From the NCBI GenBank assembly GCA_016124755.1, contig WGNA01000005.1:178684-242683 (forward strand): a DNA stretch of 64,000 bases. The letters run 5' to 3'. The notes below the pieces were generated by a model. The model searched no databases. It was not told the origin of the DNA and saw only the letters and a program-made list of their open reading frames with translations. The DNA comes from Bacteroidota bacterium. Lineage in GTDB: Bacteria > Bacteroidota > Bacteroidia > NS11-12g > UBA9320. A program made the position numbers and the translations under genes. Within the stretch, counting starts at the first letter, position 1. The number at the start of each line of letters is the position of its first letter. This document shows positions 60,021 to 64,000 of the stretch, piece by piece.

Positions 60021-60023
60021 GGT

Positions 60024-60734
60024 TCAAAGAACGTTGTTGTCCTTCATTAATTCCATGAAATGATCTTTGTAATTCTTCCCGATCGGCAATTTGTTTCCGT
60101 CGATTTCCACTTCAGAAGAATTGTAGGATTGAACGTGTTTTAAACCTACTATAAAGGAGCGGTGAATTCGGCAAAATTTTTCGGCCGGAAGTTTCTTCTC
60201 CATATTTTTCATGGTCTGGAGAGTTACAATTCTTTTTTCCGGGATAAATATTTTCACGTAATCGGCAAAAGCTTCAACATATTTAATGTCGTCGTAACTC
60301 ACCTTAATAAGTTTCTGGTTCGCTTTAACGAAAATGTGTTCGTCTTCCAACTCAGAATTTTCAACCTCATTACCGTTTTTGAGTTGGTAATATTCTTTGG
60401 CTTTCGCAACAGCCTTGTTAAACCGATCGAGTGAGATGGGTTTAAGCAAATAGTCTATGGCGTCGAGTTCGAAACCTTCAACTGCATATTCTGCATACGC
60501 GGTGGTGAAGACTAATAGCGGTGGATTTGTAAGTGTTTTCACGAATTCTATTCCCGTTACTTCCGGCATTTGAATATCAATAAAAATCAAATCAACCTGA
60601 TGGTTCTTGAGAACTTCTGATGCTTCAATCGCATTGCTGCAACGGGCAACCAGTTCCAGTTCCGGGTGAGATTTAAGATGCGATTCCAGAACATCAAGAG
60701 CCAAAGGTTCGTCGTCAACGATCAGACATTTCAT
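60024..60734 (-). CDS. LytTR-family two-component response regulator
   Basis: The REC domain carries MKCLIVDDEPLALDVLESHL and the phospho-acceptor in LIFIDIQMP. A C-terminal LytTR DNA-binding domain follows. Confidence 0.85.
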   Translation of the reverse strand: MKCLIVDDEPLALDVLESHLKSHPELELVARCSNAIEASEVLKNHQVDLIFIDIQMPEVTGIEFVKTLTNPPLLVFTTAYAEYAVEGFELDAIDYLLKPISLDRFNKAVAKAKEYYQLKNGNEVENSELEDEHIFVKANQKLIKVSYDDIKYVEAFADYVKIFIPEKRIVTLQTMKNMEKKLPAEKFCRIHRSFIVGLKHVQSYNSSEVEIDGNKLPIGKNYKDHFMELMKDNNVL

Positions 60735-60768
60735 ATCGGTAAATTTTTATAGTATTTAATTTTATAAT

Positions 60769-61824
60769 TCAGGCAGCGGCATCAAGTTGTAATCTGAGAT
60801 CAACCGAATACTCCTGCTCATTATCTTCTATTTTCAAAATGTGTTTATTCGGGTACAACAGATCCAGGCGTTTCCGGATATTGGTTAATCCGATCCCTCC
60901 CGGTTCGTTCTTAGGCGCAATGGATGTCTTCGGTGGTTTCGAATTTTGAATCTGAAAATGAAGATTTTGCTCATCAACATCCATTTTAACATTCACATAA
61001 CCCGAAGAAGTTTTTTGCTGAATACCATGTTTGAAACTGTTCTCCAAAAAGGTGAGAAACAACATAGGAGCAACCTGTTTCCCTCCGACATTTCCATTTA
61101 TATCGAATGAGATTTTTAATCGTTCGCCGTTGCGGATCTGTTCGAGATCGAGATAGTTTCGGAGGTAACTGATTTCTTTTTCCAGCGAAACCCATCGTTC
61201 TCCGCCATCGTATAAGACATATCGCAAAATATCCGAAAGTTTAAGAACCAACTCCGGAGCTTTGTCTGATTTGGTCAGCGTTAATGCATACAAACTGTTC
61301 AGACTGTTAAACAGGAAATGCGGATTGATCTGAGACTTGAGATATTTAAGTTCTGTCTCCATGTTAATCCGCTCAAGATTCTGAGTTACCCTTTCCCTTT
61401 CGTACCACTGTTTTACCAACTTCAGAGACAGTGTAATGGCTAATGTGTAACTTACACTAAGCATCATAGGGAGAAAATACTTCTGTTCCCAAGGGTTTCT
61501 CAGGTTACCGAAATAATTAAAGTTAACCGAATAGATGGTCATCATCCACATCAGTCCGGCAAGGATTACCGTGAGCAAAACCGCAACTATGTATGAAAAA
61601 TAAAGCTTCTGAAGTAGAAGCTTATTGAATAGAATGTAAATATTAAAGTAGGATGCAACGCCGTGAATACTGATGGTGATAAAAGAATTAACTAACGACG
61701 CTTTAAGGCTGAGTTCGGTGTGAAAGAAGATTGTCCAAAAGATGAAGTAGGACAACCAGAATAAAATGTGATGTAGTTTAAGGTCTGAACTTTTTTGGTA
61801 CCAGGAGGTATTGACTAATGACAT
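60769..61824 (-). CDS. LytS/YehU-type sensor histidine kinase
   Basis: It has 4-5 N-terminal transmembrane helices. The His_kinase box is LKSQINPHFLFNSLNSLYAL, and the HATPase region contains GGIGLTNIRKRL. Confidence 0.8.
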   Translation of the reverse strand: MSLVNTSWYQKSSDLKLHHILFWLSYFIFWTIFFHTELSLKASLVNSFITISIHGVASYFNIYILFNKLLLQKLYFSYIVAVLLTVILAGLMWMMTIYSVNFNYFGNLRNPWEQKYFLPMMLSVSYTLAITLSLKLVKQWYERERVTQNLERINMETELKYLKSQINPHFLFNSLNSLYALTLTKSDKAPELVLKLSDILRYVLYDGGERWVSLEKEISYLRNYLDLEQIRNGERLKISFDINGNVGGKQVAPMLFLTFLENSFKHGIQQKTSSGYVNVKMDVDEQNLHFQIQNSKPPKTSIAPKNEPGGIGLTNIRKRLDLLYPNKHILKIEDNEQEYSVDLRLQLDAAA

Positions 61825-61852
61825 CTGATTTCACATGCTCCCTGACTTGTTG

Positions 61853-62119
61853 TCAGTTTTGCGTAGCTTCCTTTTTAAAATATTCTAAAAGAGAAAATCC
61901 CCAGTTGAGCGTTTGCCATCCTTTGTCTACCATTGAAGTTTGTTCCGTTCCTGATTTAATGTTGGATTGTTCCGGCACCTTAGAGAAGTAATTGTGCGCA
62001 AGACTTATCAGTAACAAATTGGCCAACAACAACAAACCCAGAATTCTGAGAGCGGTTTTATTTTGTGAGGTTAGGATCAGCTTTTTCATACTCGAATATT
62101 TACAGGCAATCGGAATCAA
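61853..62119 (-). CDS. small hypothetical membrane protein upstream of the LytS/LytTR pair
   Basis: It has one hydrophobic helix. The likely start is the internal MKKLIL at about 62089. Confidence 0.3.
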   Translation of the reverse strand: MIPIACKYSSMKKLILTSQNKTALRILGLLLLANLLLISLAHNYFSKVPEQSNIKSGTEQTSMVDKGWQTLNWGFSLLEYFKKEATQN

Positions 62120-62275
62120 TCATTATGCCTTTCAATATTGGTTGTACGAATGTAGACTAAAATAGTTTCAAAAAATTTTTAATAGACTAACCAAATTAAT
62201 CCACCGATAAGAATTAAAAGTGCCGATCAGAAAGCGATAAAGAAACACTTTACCTTTGAGCCTTGTTAAAAAGAT

Positions 62276-62482
62276 ATGGTACAACTCGTATTAATTCTGA
62301 TTCTTTTGGGGCTTGCAATTTTGGCGATGGGTGTTCGGATGTTGTTCATCAAAGGTTCTGAAATGCGGGCTGGTTGTGCCGGTAAAAACCCGATGCTTCA
62401 GGAAGAAGGAGTTGCTTGCGGAATTTGTGGTGCCAAGCCAGGAGAAGTATGCAAATCTGACGACAAGACGGAAACCGCCTAA
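62276..62482 (+). CDS. nqrM: putative Na+-NQR maturation protein NqrM-like (DUF539-type)
   Basis: It has a single N-terminal transmembrane helix followed by a Cys-rich motif, FIKGSEMRAGCAG...ACGICGAKPGEVC. It lies adjacent to apbE and nqrF, but convergently with a 4-bp overlap. Confidence 0.45.
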   Translation: MVQLVLILILLGLAILAMGVRMLFIKGSEMRAGCAGKNPMLQEEGVACGICGAKPGEVCKSDDKTETA

Positions 62483-63501
62483 AAACCAAACCGGATAATA
62501 TCCTGATCGGTAAGACCTGTAATCAGTACTGCTTTTACGCCTTTTGTTTTTGCCAACATCTCAACAGATTGCTTCGATCCTAAAACCATACATGCGGTTG
62601 CCAGTGCATCTGCTTCGGCACAGGTCGGTGCCATTATCGTAGCACTTAAAATATCACTTTCGGTCGGATAGCCTGTTCTCGGATCAACCGTGTGAGAGTA
62701 TTTCTTTCCATTCAGGTAATAATAATTCCTGTAGTTTCCGGATGTGGCCATGGATTCATTATCAAGATTTACAGTTGTGATAAAATCATCGGGTGATGAA
62801 TTTTCCTCCGGTTTGTTAATACCGATTCTCCAGACTCCTCCATTTGGATTAACCCCTTCTGCTCTCACTTCGCCTCCAATCTCAACCATTAGATTTTTAA
62901 TTCCGGAATTTTTGAGAGCTTCAAATACCTTGTCAACTCCGTACCCTTTCGCTACCGCATTAAAATTAACACTTTGCTCTTTAGCTGATTTGTGAAAAGG
63001 CCTGAAACGAATACTATCAAATCCGACCTCAGTTAAAACTGAATCAATTACCATTTTTTCGGGGAGAACACTACGCTTCTTTTCCGCAAAACCCCAGATT
63101 CTGAACAAAGGTGAAGCTGCCGGATCAAAAGCACCCCTGCTCAGGTAATAGCACTTTTGGGAAATGTTCCAAACATTTTGGAAGTGAATTTCCAATTCAG
63201 AATCTCCGGTAGTTTGAACAAATTCTCCGTTTTCCGAATCATTAAAACGCGAAATGAAAGAAGTGGGAATGTAAGTAGAAAGGGAAGCATTAATTATTTG
63301 AAGTGTTGAATCAACCACAACTTGCATCTTGTCCATTTCTGAACCTTCGAGTGTGATATGATAGGTAGTGCCCATCGTTTCACCCTCAAGCTTAATCCAT
63401 TTCGAAACGGTATTTGCCGGCTTACAAGCACCGAAAAAAAATATTCCAAATAAAAAGGTCGCTACCCAAAGGGAAACGACCTCATTACATTTAATCTTCA
63501 T
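62479..63501 (-). CDS. apbE: FAD:protein FMN transferase ApbE (lipoprotein)
   Basis: The lipobox is FFGAC. The ApbE pattern MATSGNYRNYYYLNGKKYSHTVDPRTGYP is present, and it lies directly downstream of nqrF. Confidence 0.85.
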   Translation of the reverse strand: MKIKCNEVVSLWVATFLFGIFFFGACKPANTVSKWIKLEGETMGTTYHITLEGSEMDKMQVVVDSTLQIINASLSTYIPTSFISRFNDSENGEFVQTTGDSELEIHFQNVWNISQKCYYLSRGAFDPAASPLFRIWGFAEKKRSVLPEKMVIDSVLTEVGFDSIRFRPFHKSAKEQSVNFNAVAKGYGVDKVFEALKNSGIKNLMVEIGGEVRAEGVNPNGGVWRIGINKPEENSSPDDFITTVNLDNESMATSGNYRNYYYLNGKKYSHTVDPRTGYPTESDILSATIMAPTCAEADALATACMVLGSKQSVEMLAKTKGVKAVLITGLTDQDIIRFGF

Positions 63502-63510
63502 TAGTTTATG

Positions 63511-64000
63511 TTAACCACCGAAATCATCGAATGATACGTTTTCGGGAGGTACACCCCAATCGTCGCACATTTTAAGAACGGCTTGATTCATCATTGGAGG
63601 TCCGCAGAAATAAAACTCAATATCTTCCGGAGCATCGTGCTTCGACAGATACTGGTCAATTACCGCCTGATGCACAAATCCGGTGAATCCGTCACCTTCT
63701 GTGTCGTTCACATCCTTCTTCACCTTCCAGTTATCTTCCGGTAGCGGTTCAGACAAAACAATAAAGAATTTAAAGTTGGGGAATTCTTTTTCAATTTTAC
63801 GGAAGTGATCCACGTAGAAAAGCTCTCGTTTTGAACGACCACCATACCAGTAGGTAACTTTTCGATTCGTCTTTAATGTGTGAAACAGATGGAACAAATG
63901 TGATCGCATCGGTGCCATTCCCGCACCTCCTCCGATGTAGAGCATTTCTGCATCCGTTTCCTTAATAAAGAACTCTCCGTAAGGGCCTGAGATCGTTACT
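63511..64000 (-). CDS. nqrF: Na+-translocating NADH:quinone oxidoreductase subunit F, C-terminal FAD/NAD-binding part; the gene continues beyond the window end
   Basis: The sequences [15 protein letters not shown]...[17 protein letters not shown]...FYFCGPPMM are an FNR-like NAD-binding module typical of the NqrF C-terminus. Confidence 0.85.
   Translation of the reverse strand, partial: VTISGPYGEFFIKETDAEMLYIGGGAGMAPMRSHLFHLFHTLKTNRKVTYWYGGRSKRELFYVDHFRKIEKEFPNFKFFIVLSEPLPEDNWKVKKDVNDTEGDGFTGFVHQAVIDQYLSKHDAPEDIEFYFCGPPMMNQAVLKMCDDWGVPPENVSFDDFGG

Overview
The taxon is inferred from sequence features only, and no database search was run. This 64-kb window looks like a Bacteroidota-type chromosomal segment: four secreted proteins end in T9SS (Por) C-terminal sorting domains, a TonB-dependent receptor has a CarboxypepD_reg N-terminus, there are many lipoproteins and SPOR/LysM envelope proteins, and the content is moderately AT-rich. 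Most of the window is housekeeping. Recognisable genes are rtcB, the ppk1-ppx operon, secA, murF, mutS, a SpoU methyltransferase, mazG, a LytS/LytTR two-component pair, the nqrF-apbE tail of a Na+-NQR operon with a putative nqrM, terC, nfeD, a GT9 heptosyltransferase, an O-antigen-ligase-like protein, a geranylgeranyl-reductase-family flavoprotein and a TonB-dependent receptor paired with a PhoD-like phosphatase. Three tRNAs are present (His-GTG, Gly-GCC, Leu-TAA). I saw no CRISPR array, transposase, integrase or obvious prophage. The regions I think most deserve follow-up are: (1) a tRNA-Gly/tRNA-Leu-adjacent locus with a signal-peptide-less S53 sedolisin, two large proteins I cannot assign, and a 7TM-DISM class III nucleotide cyclase tightly coupled (3-bp gap) to an unassignable 698-aa protein; (2) rtcB translationally coupled (8-bp overlap) to an unassignable 309-aa protein, with an orphan strong terminator, a possible sRNA and a perfect CRP-type palindrome in the adjacent 850-bp intergenic region; (3) a composite repeat tract (20-mer tandem duplication plus a GTTWCN hexamer array) upstream of a TPR lipoprotein gene; (4) an OmpA-like barrel fused to a SPOR domain; (5) a 702-aa secreted protein with a caspase-like His/Cys motif. 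All calls rest on recalled family motifs read from the ORF translations.
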